Positions 39,959-50,087 of a DNA stretch of 64,000 nucleotides are shown here, piece by piece. Source of the DNA: a virus; IMG/VR virus record IMGVR_UViG_3300036399_001951, positions 64,001 to 128,000 of that record; one strand, 5' to 3'. Both the position numbers and the translations under genes were made by a program. Positions within the stretch are counted from its first letter, which is position 1. Every line of letters begins with the position of its first letter. The notes beneath the pieces were generated by a model, which saw nothing but the letters and a program-made list of their open reading frames with translations, searched no databases and was not told the origin of the DNA.

Positions 39959-41659
39959 TTAAAACTCTGTTCCTTTATCAGATTTAGTTATCTTATTTCC
40001 AGATATAAATCTTTCTCTTTTAATAGTTATCTTATTTCCAGATTCAGTTTCTATCACAGTTCCATTTTTATCTTTAGATATAACAGTTCCAGTCTTTTGT
40101 ATGTTATCTGAAATATTTCCATTATCATCTTTTCCTTTATATACAATCTTATCTCCTTTTATAAGTCGATCATATGATACCGTTGTTTTTCCTATTAATC
40201 CACCGGTTGCCTTCTTTAATTTACTATCTACATTTTTCCCTACCGCAGAATTATCAAATTGAATAACATATTGATGTATAGAAATACCTACTCCCTGGTC
40301 ATTTGACTTATTTAAAAGTTTATTTATAACATACTCATTATCCTTAATTGGAGAAGGAGCTGTGTTTTTACTGACGATATTATATGATAGATTAAATTCG
40401 TTTACTGGACTTTGCTTTTTGATGTTCCACAATATTTCAACTGCTCCTTTTTGTATCCTAGATCCAAGAGAATTATATATCTCATCTTCAATGCATTTAC
40501 CTCTTCTCCAAGCTAACCATTGATTTCCAAGAGCGGTTTTTTCAGCTTTAAATGTTTCATCCGTTAATTTAGTCCCATCCTGTTTAACAGGCTCGCCTGT
40601 TCCGTCTCCAGATGTTTGAATTCCTTGCCAAGTTGGACCTATCGTAGAAGTCAATTGCAGTTTGGTAATAACATCATTGGGTCCTAATTCCTTAATTATA
40701 TTTTTAGCAAATTCAATATAATCTGGGTAATCATCATCGACAACTTCACCTTCCTCATCGTAATCATAATCCAAATTTTTCCAGGATATCCAAGTTCCCT
40801 TTTTTATTATTGGAGCGTCAGCCACTGGAGCTCCCTGTCCTTCTTCTTTACCGGGCTGTCCCTCTTTAGATATACTATATAAATATAAAACGTCGCTCTC
40901 CTTTTTAGCAGCGTCCTCATCTCCACCTTGTCGAGCAAACTGAAATCGTTTATTAAGTGATCCACCGGGTTCCATTAATGAATCGTATAGATTAGAATAT
41001 TGCAAAAAACTTCCGGTTGCCCAATTAGTTAAATTAAAAGTGTTTAAATATCCACAAAAATCAATTATTTTAGATATACCTTGATCCCATTTCTCAACAC
41101 TTTCCAATTTTCCATCTGGTTTTAATTTTTCAACACTATGTATTATTCCGTTTGCTCCTGGTAAATTAAAAGTTTGACTAAATTCTACCTTTAAAGATAA
41201 TTCTTTAAGAACATTTTCGTCTTTAATTATGTTATCTGCATAATTTTCAGCGCTAACGGAATTACCGATGCCCGCTAATACTAATTTAAATACATCTAAT
41301 TTTGTGACTGTATCATTACCTATCTTTTTAAATTTACTATCTATTAAGAAGGATACGTCTGGAATTTTATTAGTTAATTTCATTGCAGTTTCATACTGTA
41401 AAAAATTGTCAGTATTGTTAATTTCAAGATTATCACCAAAATCTCCAATTGATCCCCGTAACCCATTTCCTATTTTATATCCATCAGCTAAGCCTTCCGG
41501 TATGGCAACCTTAGTTTGAGGAATGCTTGCTTCAAATATTCGATTAAGTCCTTTATACATATGAGACTCCAGAATTCTTTGAGATTTTTCATAATTACGA
41601 CCAGCAGATTCATAAACTCTGAACCAGTCTTTAAACGGCAAGATTGAAGGTTTACTCAT
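39959..41659 (-). CDS. Putative virion protein, paralog of 42367..44151, possible OmpA-C-like domain
   Basis: Start moved to MSKPSILPFKDWFRVYES; shared block FKAEKTALGNQWLAWRRGK. Confidence 0.6.
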   Translation of the reverse strand: MSKPSILPFKDWFRVYESAGRNYEKSQRILESHMYKGLNRIFEASIPQTKVAIPEGLADGYKIGNGLRGSIGDFGDNLEINNTDNFLQYETAMKLTNKIPDVSFLIDSKFKKIGNDTVTKLDVFKLVLAGIGNSVSAENYADNIIKDENVLKELSLKVEFSQTFNLPGANGIIHSVEKLKPDGKLESVEKWDQGISKIIDFCGYLNTFNLTNWATGSFLQYSNLYDSLMEPGGSLNKRFQFARQGGDEDAAKKESDVLYLYSISKEGQPGKEEGQGAPVADAPIIKKGTWISWKNLDYDYDEEGEVVDDDYPDYIEFAKNIIKELGPNDVITKLQLTSTIGPTWQGIQTSGDGTGEPVKQDGTKLTDETFKAEKTALGNQWLAWRRGKCIEDEIYNSLGSRIQKGAVEILWNIKKQSPVNEFNLSYNIVSKNTAPSPIKDNEYVINKLLNKSNDQGVGISIHQYVIQFDNSAVGKNVDSKLKKATGGLIGKTTVSYDRLIKGDKIVYKGKDDNGNISDNIQKTGTVISKDKNGTVIETESGNKITIKRERFISGNKITKSDKGTEF

Positions 41660-41750
41660 TAATTTGTATTTATTTTTATTATTTATCAGCAAATTAATTA
41701 AAATATATCATTTACGTTAGTATATTATATTTAACTAAAATTTAAAAATT

Positions 41751-42338
41751 ATGAAAACTTTATTTTTTATATTCTCAATCTTGATCTCAAGAATCGCCAT
41801 TTCTCAAGATACTATTACAATCAGTTCATCTGAATTAGATTCTTTAATTTGGAAAAAGATTAATATTTATAGAAAACAAAAAGGATCTCCTGAATTAACT
41901 ATATTCGAAAACTCTAAACTGAGGGAATTTAGTAAAAAGGTCACACTATCTAATTCTAGTTTAAATTTAGGTAAACACTCATATGATAGTATAGGATATT
42001 CATTTAACGGCGAATGCTTATGGCAACTCGTATCTAGTGGAAACTCAAAATCATTTATTGAAAGAATTAATAATTTATTAAGCGGTGATTACATGTATTG
42101 TGTAGATAAGGCGGTTAATGATTGGATTAATTCTCCAACGCATGAAAAAATATTATCTAGACCGGAATATACAATATCGACAGTATCTGCGATTATAACT
42201 ATCATAAAAAACAAAAATGGAGAATTTAGTCTTAGAATAGATGCATCGTACCATACATTTTCAAATCGCCCAGGAGCTTGCTATAGTAAGGAAGCAAATG
42301 AATACGTGGCTCAATTGATAAAAAAAGGGAAGAAATGA
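41751..42338 (+). CDS. Secreted CAP/SCP-domain protein
   Basis: Signal peptide; INIYRKQKG..L, H, EC, WINSPTHEKIL. Confidence 0.75.
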   Translation: MKTLFFIFSILISRIAISQDTITISSSELDSLIWKKINIYRKQKGSPELTIFENSKLREFSKKVTLSNSSLNLGKHSYDSIGYSFNGECLWQLVSSGNSKSFIERINNLLSGDYMYCVDKAVNDWINSPTHEKILSRPEYTISTVSAIITIIKNKNGEFSLRIDASYHTFSNRPGACYSKEANEYVAQLIKKGKK

Positions 42339-42366
42339 TCTTCCCTTTTTTGCTTTAATTTAATAT

Positions 42367-44151
42367 TTAGAATCCTCCAGTATCAGTATCTTTTTTACCT
42401 ACAGTTGCCAAAGATTTAACAAATTGAGCATCACCAGGTCCTTCAGTTACTTTTACTTCAGTTCCATCCTTTTTAGCAATATAAAGCTGATTCGTATCAG
42501 AGTCCCTTCTAACAATTTCCTTTTCAATTTCTAGGAATTTTCCGGTCTTTTCTCCCCTTGCCATTTCTGGAACTTTAACTATGATTTTATCTCCTTTATC
42601 TAAATCTCCAAATCCAACCTTATCTTTTCCGGCTAATCCGAATGTTATTTTTTTCATCCAATTTGCCTTTAAATCAGTTAGAGCCTTAGTATCCCAAGTA
42701 TATCTATATCTATAAAGAACTAGGCTTTTAGTTGATCCAGTAACAGTTCTTTTAGCTCTAACAAATTCAGTATCTACTATTTCTTTAGGAGCAACTCCAG
42801 CAGAATTAACTGTATATTTTAAATTTTTACCTCCAGCAAGACCTTGTTTTTTAACTTGCCATTCGATTGTAATAGCATCTGCAGTAATTCTATCTTTTAA
42901 TAATTCCCTAAGAGCGTTTTCAAATTGTTTACCTCTTCTCCAAGCTAACCACTCATTTCCAAGAGCAGTTTTTTCAGCTTTAAATGTACTGTCAGTCAAT
43001 TTTCCACCACTAGGATCTCCAGATCCATTAGATTCAGGTACATTTGCAACTCCTGGCCATGATGGGCTTGCTCCAGTTACTATTGTCATTGATGTAATTT
43101 GATCTCCTTCTTTTAGATTCTCTACAATTTTTTGAGCAACTCCTTGAATTTCTGGAAAACTAGAATCTACAGGAAACGGGCCATCTCCTTTCGCGGTCTT
43201 AGCATTCGCAAATTCAAAATCATTAAATTGTATTAATATTTCCTCACTTAGTCCCTCAACCCCTTGTGTAGTTGTAGTTGTAGTTTCAGTAGTTCCTGCC
43301 TCAACCCCTGCTTTAAAAGGAGAATAGATATAAAAAGATGACTCTGCCTTTTCAACTCCCTTTGCTTCTATTCCAAACTGAAGTATCTTATTCGCATCGA
43401 GACAGTTTTCAAGATCAACATATTGAGTACAATCTCCATTTGCAAAATTAATAATATTAAAGGTATTAACGTAGTTACATACCACCTTTGGATTATTAAC
43501 TGGAATTGTTGATTTTCCCTGTCTAGTATTTAACTCTGTTCCCCCATTTTCTATCTTTGCGCTACTACTAATCCATCCGTTTTCTCCCACGGTTGCTCCA
43601 CTGAATTGAACTTCCCCGGCGGGTACTACCTTTAGTCCAAGCTCTTGAATTCTTTTGATTGCAGATTGAGCATCATTTTTAGGATCAAGTCCGTCTATTA
43701 ATTGATCCCCAAAATATTCAATGCCGTGATATCTTCCAATTCCACCGATCATAAGTTTAAATACATCGAATAGAGCATCCATACTGCTAGACTTGCTCCA
43801 AGCTGGATTGTCAGTATATCTTCCTGACATGATATATAACGCTGGCATTGCCTGCCAACCAATTGCCTTATTCATTACCTCAACTAAGATACCATCTTCT
43901 GCTTGATCTACCCATCCCCATGCAGGTGTAACGGAACCATCGGATATATCATATATAGCATTACCCTGTTTTACAGCCGGCACTTCGCCAACTCCATTTT
44001 GTTTTGAACTATTGCTTCGTTGTTCAAATATTCTCTGAAGGCCTCTATAAGATCTGGATTCCAGAATCTGTTGAGATTTTTTAAAATTTCGACCAGCTTG
44101 CTCATAAACTTTAAACCAGCTTCCGAAAGGTAAAATTTTTGGATCTTTCAT
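42367..44151 (-). CDS. Putative virion protein, paralog of 39959..41659
   Basis: Leader KILPFGSWFKVYEQ; FKAEKTALGNEWLAWRRGK. Confidence 0.6.
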   Translation of the reverse strand: MKDPKILPFGSWFKVYEQAGRNFKKSQQILESRSYRGLQRIFEQRSNSSKQNGVGEVPAVKQGNAIYDISDGSVTPAWGWVDQAEDGILVEVMNKAIGWQAMPALYIMSGRYTDNPAWSKSSSMDALFDVFKLMIGGIGRYHGIEYFGDQLIDGLDPKNDAQSAIKRIQELGLKVVPAGEVQFSGATVGENGWISSSAKIENGGTELNTRQGKSTIPVNNPKVVCNYVNTFNIINFANGDCTQYVDLENCLDANKILQFGIEAKGVEKAESSFYIYSPFKAGVEAGTTETTTTTTQGVEGLSEEILIQFNDFEFANAKTAKGDGPFPVDSSFPEIQGVAQKIVENLKEGDQITSMTIVTGASPSWPGVANVPESNGSGDPSGGKLTDSTFKAEKTALGNEWLAWRRGKQFENALRELLKDRITADAITIEWQVKKQGLAGGKNLKYTVNSAGVAPKEIVDTEFVRAKRTVTGSTKSLVLYRYRYTWDTKALTDLKANWMKKITFGLAGKDKVGFGDLDKGDKIIVKVPEMARGEKTGKFLEIEKEIVRRDSDTNQLYIAKKDGTEVKVTEGPGDAQFVKSLATVGKKDTDTGGF

Positions 44152-44253
44152 TTTTAAATCTTTTTTATTATTTATCTGGTCAAAAAAGAAAAATTTTTAA
44201 AAATTTATCTTATTAATTACATTTAGACCAGTTTTGCTCTACTAAATTTTATA

Positions 44254-45102
44254 TTAAACCGGTCCGGATCCCCAAAATATTTTATAGATCCACAGATCAC
44301 TGAGTTCCTTGTGTTTAGGCTCTGGTTTTAGGTGTCTGGCATCAGATTCAAAATCTTCAATCCTTGCCCCTCCACCAGGAGAAGTAATCCAGTTGAAGTT
44401 AATAAAATTATCTCCATAGGTATCGGTCTCCCATTTTACTAATTTTGCCAGTTCCTTCAATTTATTTTCCTGTGAGGTCTTTTCTTTTTCAGGAACAGCA
44501 GGGTCCTCCTTCTTTTTTTGAACATATAATTCTTTACTCGGTGGAGAAATAACTACTGCTCTGGCACCGTGATCAGTAGCCATTTGCACAAGGGTCTGAA
44601 TATTAGTTTTTACATATTCAGCAGTATGATCCCCTCCCCAAATATCATTGCTACCCCCTAAGATAGTAATGATATCATAGTAGTTAGCCCCTTTTTGAGA
44701 CAATCGGGTCCTTAAATTATCAATCATCCAGGTAGTACCTTCCCCTCCTTTAGCAACTCGATCTACGGTTACTCTAGGTTGAGATTGAGAGATATCAGCA
44801 TTTAATCTTTGGCCTGCCCACCAGCCATAGAATTTTCCGCCAGTTGTACTTGCAGTATTACTGTCCCCCACAAATAGGAGATTTAGGACCTTACCTTGGG
44901 CCAGGTTTTCCAGATTTTCTTTTCTCCCCTCGACATCCCCCTTTATAAGTTCAACAAATTTATTGAGCCCGGGTCTCTTTACTTGCCAGCCTCCACTTGG
45001 TAATTTACGATAGATTGAATCTGGCAAGGTAGGATAGGTATAGTAACCGGATCTTTTATCCTCGAATACCCGGTTCCAGTCTTGATATTTTTTAATCCAC
45101 AT
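44254..45102 (-). CDS. SGNH/GDSL hydrolase
   Basis: FVGDSNT, AKGG, GGSND, DARH blocks. Confidence 0.88.
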   Translation of the reverse strand: MWIKKYQDWNRVFEDKRSGYYTYPTLPDSIYRKLPSGGWQVKRPGLNKFVELIKGDVEGRKENLENLAQGKVLNLLFVGDSNTASTTGGKFYGWWAGQRLNADISQSQPRVTVDRVAKGGEGTTWMIDNLRTRLSQKGANYYDIITILGGSNDIWGGDHTAEYVKTNIQTLVQMATDHGARAVVISPPSKELYVQKKKEDPAVPEKEKTSQENKLKELAKLVKWETDTYGDNFINFNWITSPGGGARIEDFESDARHLKPEPKHKELSDLWIYKIFWGSGPV

Positions 45103-45113
45103 TTAACTTAATT

Positions 45114-45695
45114 TTATTTTTTATTAGGATTGGTCCATCTGCCGTAGCCTCTGATTGGTCCCCACCAGCCTTTGGCTTTTACCCCAGTCACTTCCTGAAT
45201 TCCCTTGGAACTGGAGGCATGGATCATAGTAAAGTCTCCACCTTCAACTGCAGAAACAATTCCTACGTGACCTGCACCATTGAATCCAGGATCTGATTTA
45301 AAGAACACCAGGTCCCCTGGTTTAAGATCTGTAAATTCAACCTTTACTGCCCTCTTCTCCTGACCTGGAGCATGACCTGGAAATCCACTATATAGAGCCG
45401 TATCCAGGGTACCATCGGCCTTATTAAACTGACCAGTTGACTTTAGTACCCATTTTACAAAGCCGCTACAGTCAAAGCCCGGTGAACTGTTTCCGCTTAC
45501 CACAGGATCTGTTGAAGCCTTAGGTCTTTGGCCTCCCCACTTATAGGGCACCCCAATCTGGGACTTAGCGTATTTTAGTACTAGTGATGCGGTGCTAGCC
45601 TCAGGACTGGACTCTGGAGTACTCGGATCCCCTGGGATTCCAAACAGGTCCTCTGATACCTGACCCCATCGTTGATAGTTTTTAATCCATTTCAT
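45114..45695 (-). CDS. NlpC/P60 endopeptidase
   Basis: GVPYKWGG, GFDCSGFV, PGDLVFF, HVGIV, MIHASSS. Confidence 0.93.
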   Translation of the reverse strand: MKWIKNYQRWGQVSEDLFGIPGDPSTPESSPEASTASLVLKYAKSQIGVPYKWGGQRPKASTDPVVSGNSSPGFDCSGFVKWVLKSTGQFNKADGTLDTALYSGFPGHAPGQEKRAVKVEFTDLKPGDLVFFKSDPGFNGAGHVGIVSAVEGGDFTMIHASSSKGIQEVTGVKAKGWWGPIRGYGRWTNPNKK

Positions 45696-45805
45696 TTCTG
45701 AACCTTTATTTAGTTTATTTATCCGATCCAGTCACTAATAATTAAAACCCGGGGTCAGGATCGGGTATAATATTCTGGGTCTCACCCTAAAAAAATAAAA
45801 AGAAT

Positions 45806-46237
45806 ATGGAAATAGAATCATTCGTTTTAGGTCTAATTTCGGCTGTCTTACTGGCAAGTCTAGTGAGTCTGGTCTCAGATTGGCTTAGGATTAGAAAATT
45901 AGAAAAATCACATCGGAGCCTAGAGCTCCTAATCAAGGAAGAACTGGAGAACATCTGGCGCAGGCGGGATGAAGACTGGCGCGAAACCCAAAGATGGCTG
46001 GAGGCACACAGTAAAGATGCCACTATGATCGAACGCACCCTTGGCAATCAATTGGGCGAACAATGGGCCAAAACAATACATGAACTGCAGCATCGGGACC
46101 GGGCTCTGCAGGAGCAGAAAGAACATCTTATGAAAAAGGTAGATGAAGCCTTTAGCTATACGGATTCCCGGATCGATCGTGCAATTCAACCTCTCACTCG
46201 AAAAGAAAGAGAAAAAGAAATTAATGTAGAAAAATAA
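45806..46237 (+). CDS. Membrane-anchored coiled-coil protein
   Basis: N-terminal TM; YTDSRIDR; GTATAA box upstream. Confidence 0.6.
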   Translation: MEIESFVLGLISAVLLASLVSLVSDWLRIRKLEKSHRSLELLIKEELENIWRRRDEDWRETQRWLEAHSKDATMIERTLGNQLGEQWAKTIHELQHRDRALQEQKEHLMKKVDEAFSYTDSRIDRAIQPLTRKEREKEINVEK

Positions 46238-46343
46238 AGGTCCTCTAGAGGAACCCAGTGAGACCCGGAGGGGAGCCATTAAGGTTCCCCTTTTTTTTAT
46301 CTTGGGCCAGGGGCCTTAATAAATAGAATAAAAATCAATTGTT

Positions 46344-46709
46344 ATGAATAGTAACGTTAAATCTGTCACGGTATATACCACGAGCGATGGTAAAAAGTGG
46401 AGAGATGAAAAGAGTGCAGTGGGTTGGGAAAGGCAAATATCTATTGAAGATAATTCTGATCTAGTAATGGAAGCCGTAGTGGAGGCAATTAAAGAATCAG
46501 CAAGTGACCAGCTGCCAGAGTCAACCTTACAGATCCTAGATGAATTAATCGACAAGGCCCCGGCAGATTATACCACTTCGCCTGGGGAAAAGATCGAGGA
46601 TCTGATGCTGAACTATATCGACCAGATGTTGGAAATCCTGAATGCCACTATTCCTAAATCAATCGAGGCATCCAAGGACCCGAGAGAAGATGGTGGCAGC
46701 GGCAAATAA
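46344..46709 (+). CDS. Hypothetical protein (YTTSDGKKW N-terminal motif)
   Basis: N-terminal motif shared with the next ORF. Confidence 0.6.
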   Translation: MNSNVKSVTVYTTSDGKKWRDEKSAVGWERQISIEDNSDLVMEAVVEAIKESASDQLPESTLQILDELIDKAPADYTTSPGEKIEDLMLNYIDQMLEILNATIPKSIEASKDPREDGGSGK

Positions 46710-46726
46710 AAATAATTGATTATAAG

Positions 46727-47026
46727 ATGGAAATAGTAAAATCAACCTATTACGTAACAACAGATGGAAAATCATGGGACGACTCTAAAGAGGCAGGGAT
46801 CTGGCAGGACGAGATCGATCTTCAAGAGGCCTATTTAAAACAGGTCGAGCCTTGGAGAGCAGTAAGAAGATTCCTACCGGTATACGGAGAGGATCTTAAA
46901 TTAAATGCAACCGAGTGGAAACAAAAGAGGGGCAATATTCCTTTTAAAACTATATTTAAAGAAATATTTGTTAATAACTATTCTACTGCAAGGGATATCC
47001 TAATTGCATATTCAAAAGAGATCTAA
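46727..47026 (+). CDS. Hypothetical protein (YVTTDGKSW N-terminal motif)
   Basis: N-terminus paralogous to 46344..46709. Confidence 0.6.
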   Translation: MEIVKSTYYVTTDGKSWDDSKEAGIWQDEIDLQEAYLKQVEPWRAVRRFLPVYGEDLKLNATEWKQKRGNIPFKTIFKEIFVNNYSTARDILIAYSKEI

Positions 47027-47127
47027 CCTAAAAATTAATCTGATACGAAAGGGACCCAAGTGGTCCCTTTTTAGGGTCCTAAAAAAAGGGACCCTACCGG
47101 ACCCCTTCTACTTAATTAAGATAAAGA

Positions 47128-47298
47128 TTATTTCTTGGCAGCAATAGACCAGATAGCACCTACTAGGGTAATCACACCACCAGAGATCTCGGCCCATACA
47201 CCCTCATCAATCAAGCCTTTGGTAATTAGGATACCTCCACCAAAAGTCAAGACGTGACGTAGAATACCCATCCATTGTTCTTTAGAAAGATTTAACAT
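47128..47298 (-). CDS. Small 2-TM putative holin (56 aa, missed by ORF track)
   Basis: MLNLSKEQWMGILRHVLTFGGGILITKGLIDEGVWAEISGGVITLVGAIWSIAAKK; TAAATA upstream. Confidence 0.7.
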   Translation of the reverse strand: MLNLSKEQWMGILRHVLTFGGGILITKGLIDEGVWAEISGGVITLVGAIWSIAAKK

Positions 47299-47384
47299 AT
47301 CAATTGGATTTTTTATTATTTATACCCCCGGATTCTTCCTAGGTTTTGGCCCTGCCTGAAAAATTTTTGGGGTGCACTCCTGTA

Positions 47385-47978
47385 CTATCTGAAACGACCC
47401 CTATAGAGACGACTCTCGTTTGTTGGAGGTGTCTGCTGCTCTATCGGAGATTCAGTACCTGGTAATCCTCCTAGGATCTGGGTTCCTTCTAGATTAATTT
47501 TAACCGTGAGCTTGCCACCTTCTACGTTACCAACTAGCTGAAATACTATTTGCTTGGCGTATTGAGTTACAGCTTTTCCTGGACCAGTTATGACTCTAGG
47601 AATATTGACCATTAAATTGCTACTATTAAAAGTTATAGTACTGCAGTTGAGAGCAGAATCCCATTTTAAATTTGCAGCATCAATATCAGTAGGGTTCTTG
47701 ATTAATGACCAGTCTTTCACTGCAATTGTAGTTGCAGCCATGGATCCGCTAACCACCCGAAATCCTCCTGAAATTTTAAGCTGAAGAGTCTCAGCTTCGC
47801 CAAAACTAGTTGATTCAAGCCAGGCTGTCATTGACTTGGAATCAGCTTGATTAGCTTTTACTAGATCCTGACCCTGCTTGTCCATAAGACTGATTTCAAG
47901 ATCTTCGGGTTTTACATTAATCACAGACTCGGTCGCTTCATTTACGAACTGTCTGAAATTTTTAATAAATCTTGCCAT
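47385..47978 (-). CDS. Putative internal virion protein
   Basis: TAAATA upstream; leader MARFIKNFRQFVNE; tail NESRLYRGRFR. Confidence 0.62.
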   Translation of the reverse strand: MARFIKNFRQFVNEATESVINVKPEDLEISLMDKQGQDLVKANQADSKSMTAWLESTSFGEAETLQLKISGGFRVVSGSMAATTIAVKDWSLIKNPTDIDAANLKWDSALNCSTITFNSSNLMVNIPRVITGPGKAVTQYAKQIVFQLVGNVEGGKLTVKINLEGTQILGGLPGTESPIEQQTPPTNESRLYRGRFR

Positions 47979-48029
47979 ATCGCTTTTTTCTTTTATTTAT
48001 CCCATCCAGTGGTAAATTAAAAAGAAAAA

Positions 48030-48338
48030 ATGATTAAGTTACAAGATTTCCTAGGGGATCCGGAGCTGGAGAGGAAGTACGGTCCAGAACTAGTTAAGAG
48101 AATGCAGGATCCTGCCCAGGCAGAATGGTTAATCCGGGAATACTTAATGCAGGCAGGGGACTGGATCCAGATAGAAGAGAACCCAGTACCGCATGGGATC
48201 CAGATCTCCTATACAGTAACTGAACCTAGCGGTAAATGGTACCGACTTCATTTCTTAAAGAGGAGTCAGGCAGGGGACCCTAGGCCGGAAGAACTGGAAT
48301 GGTTAAAGAGGGAAAGAGGAAGAATAGGTATCCAGTGA
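48030..48338 (+). CDS. Hypothetical protein
   Basis: ORF with A-rich leader. Confidence 0.45.
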   Translation: MIKLQDFLGDPELERKYGPELVKRMQDPAQAEWLIREYLMQAGDWIQIEENPVPHGIQISYTVTEPSGKWYRLHFLKRSQAGDPRPEELEWLKRERGRIGIQ

Positions 48339-48339
48339 T

Positions 48340-49340
48340 AGCCCGGGAGTAGATCCGTACCCGGGAAAATTTTTTTCTACCCGAGAAATCACTAGGGCCA
48401 GGATTGGGTCCAGGTAAGGATCCGTACCCGGGAAAATTTTTTGGCCCGTGGGATTTTCATCAGTTTCCCCCGGGCCCTTTAGTTCACAAAAATCAACCTA
48501 TCTGTCCTAATAGTCATCCTGGTACATATATAGTATAGGCCCCGGAGGGCTGTCCTGGTAGGCCCCGGGGTGACTTTTTTCACCCCTAGGCCCGGTGGGG
48601 CTCCATACCGGCACATATAGGTAAAAATAGGTAATAAATCTAGTAGGTGGAGCCCCACCCGATACCGCTCCAGCACTTATGGTCGACTTCTCACTTCAGA
48701 CAGTGAGGGCTCAATGGCTCCGATACTACTAGCAAACAGTGGCTTTACTTCGCAAGGGAGCTTGAAGTCTTAAACCGCTCCTGGAACTTTAAGCCCAGTT
48801 TGCCACCTTTGCACGTGGTGGGAAATCTCGCTCCGCATAGGATTAAAGATTTCTAAATCTGTAAACCTTAGCAAGAAGTGGAAGTTATGGCTCCGCCTGG
48901 AGTGTTGACCTGCATACGCTGATATTTAGGATTTCAATTGGATCCTCGTGGATCTTCTCGCTCCTGCTTTTGCATTCACTTGCTAAGACGGGTAGACGGG
49001 AAATCTCGCTCCCGGGACTTCAGTTACCGGTTATGCGGATAGCCGGAGCGGTTCTACTTGAAAGCTATGCAAAAGCAGGCGGCTCAGTGGGAAAACTATA
49101 GGTTCTCTATGGACTACTAGAGGACTACTTTTTTCGCTCCGCCTGGAGTGTTGACCTGTACAACTGCTGCCTCTTCAAACTTTAATACTATTGCAGACTA
49201 CTGTTCCCGCTCCCGTGGTCTTTTAGAACTTTAAGTCCCGGAGCGGATTTAGTAGAGGACTTAAGTAAAGTCATCGGTACTCTTGAGATTTACTGAGGAT
49301 ATAGAGTCCGGAGCGGGAAAGCCCTCTGGAATTCGGCTCT
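48340..49340. other. Non-coding GC-rich repeat region at the late/early boundary (candidate genome terminus or origin)
   Basis: No credible ORF. Direct repeats GATCCGTACCCGGGAAAATTTTTT x2, GGGAAATCTCGCTCC x2 and GCTCCGCCTGGAGTGTTGACCTG x2; about 13 SGCTCC half-sites. Confidence 0.6.
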
Positions 49341-49422
49341 TAAATATATTCCATCTAATTAGTAAATCTAATCTTAATAATTATTATATTTACTATATAA
49401 CAATAACTTAAAACTTAAAGAG

Positions 49423-49563
49423 ATGAGAACGGTATTAATTGGTATGGCAGGTATAATAATTACTACTTTTGGAATGTGTTCGCAAATACATGTAATAACA
49501 GTAATTGGTTTATTATATATTGGAGCCGCCACCTACTGGATAGCTAAAAATACAATTAAATGA
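49423..49563 (+). CDS. Small 2-TM membrane protein (46 aa, missed by ORF track)
   Basis: MRTVLIGMAGIIITTFGMCSQIHVITVIGLLYIGAATYWIAKNTIK right after the first early promoter. Confidence 0.6.
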   Translation: MRTVLIGMAGIIITTFGMCSQIHVITVIGLLYIGAATYWIAKNTIK

Positions 49564-49853
49564 AAAAGTCTAAATTATTAATTATTATTGCTGGATGGGA
49601 GGCCCTAGTTGGGGGCTTCCTAATTAATAAATCTTTTATCCTAGCTGGGATACTGGTTTTAGGTATTGCCCTTCAACGGGTCCTAAATGCTGTTGAGCCA
49701 GAATACAGTTGGGCAAGCGCAGCTAGCGGACTTGGGATCCGATTTGGAATACTGGTTTGGTTACCATGGAGCGGGTTGGAATCCTACCTTATGCTGCTTG
49801 TACTATTGGAGTCCGCCATTTGGATTCCTCCTCTTTGGAAACTATTAAAATAA
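49560..49853 (+). CDS. Membrane protein
   Basis: Highly hydrophobic; ATGA overlap. Confidence 0.6.
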   Translation: MKKSKLLIIIAGWEALVGGFLINKSFILAGILVLGIALQRVLNAVEPEYSWASAASGLGIRFGILVWLPWSGLESYLMLLVLLESAIWIPPLWKLLK

Positions 49854-49871
49854 GAACCAGTATAAGAAGGT

Positions 49872-50087
49872 ATGGCACTAGATGATAACGCAAAACGAGA
49901 ATTTATTGAAGGTATGGTGGAAGATTTTAAACTTCAATTGGAAGGTAATAAGATCGATCCTAAAGTATTAGCAGGTCAGGTCAAGTGGGCCTCCGGTCTC
50001 TGTAATCGCATTATAACATTGATTCAAAATGGAGAAGTTACCTTTAACCTTGACGGAACGGGCACACAAACCAAGAAGGTCAAATAA
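49872..50087 (+). CDS. Hypothetical protein
   Basis: AAAC-N17-GTATAA upstream; terminator at about 50115-50140. Confidence 0.55.
   Translation: MALDDNAKREFIEGMVEDFKLQLEGNKIDPKVLAGQVKWASGLCNRIITLIQNGEVTFNLDGTGTQTKKVK

Noticed and set aside
48479-48676. 65-aa minus-strand ORF in the boundary region
   Set aside because: No A-rich leader or promoter, atypical composition, and it lies within repeat-rich DNA
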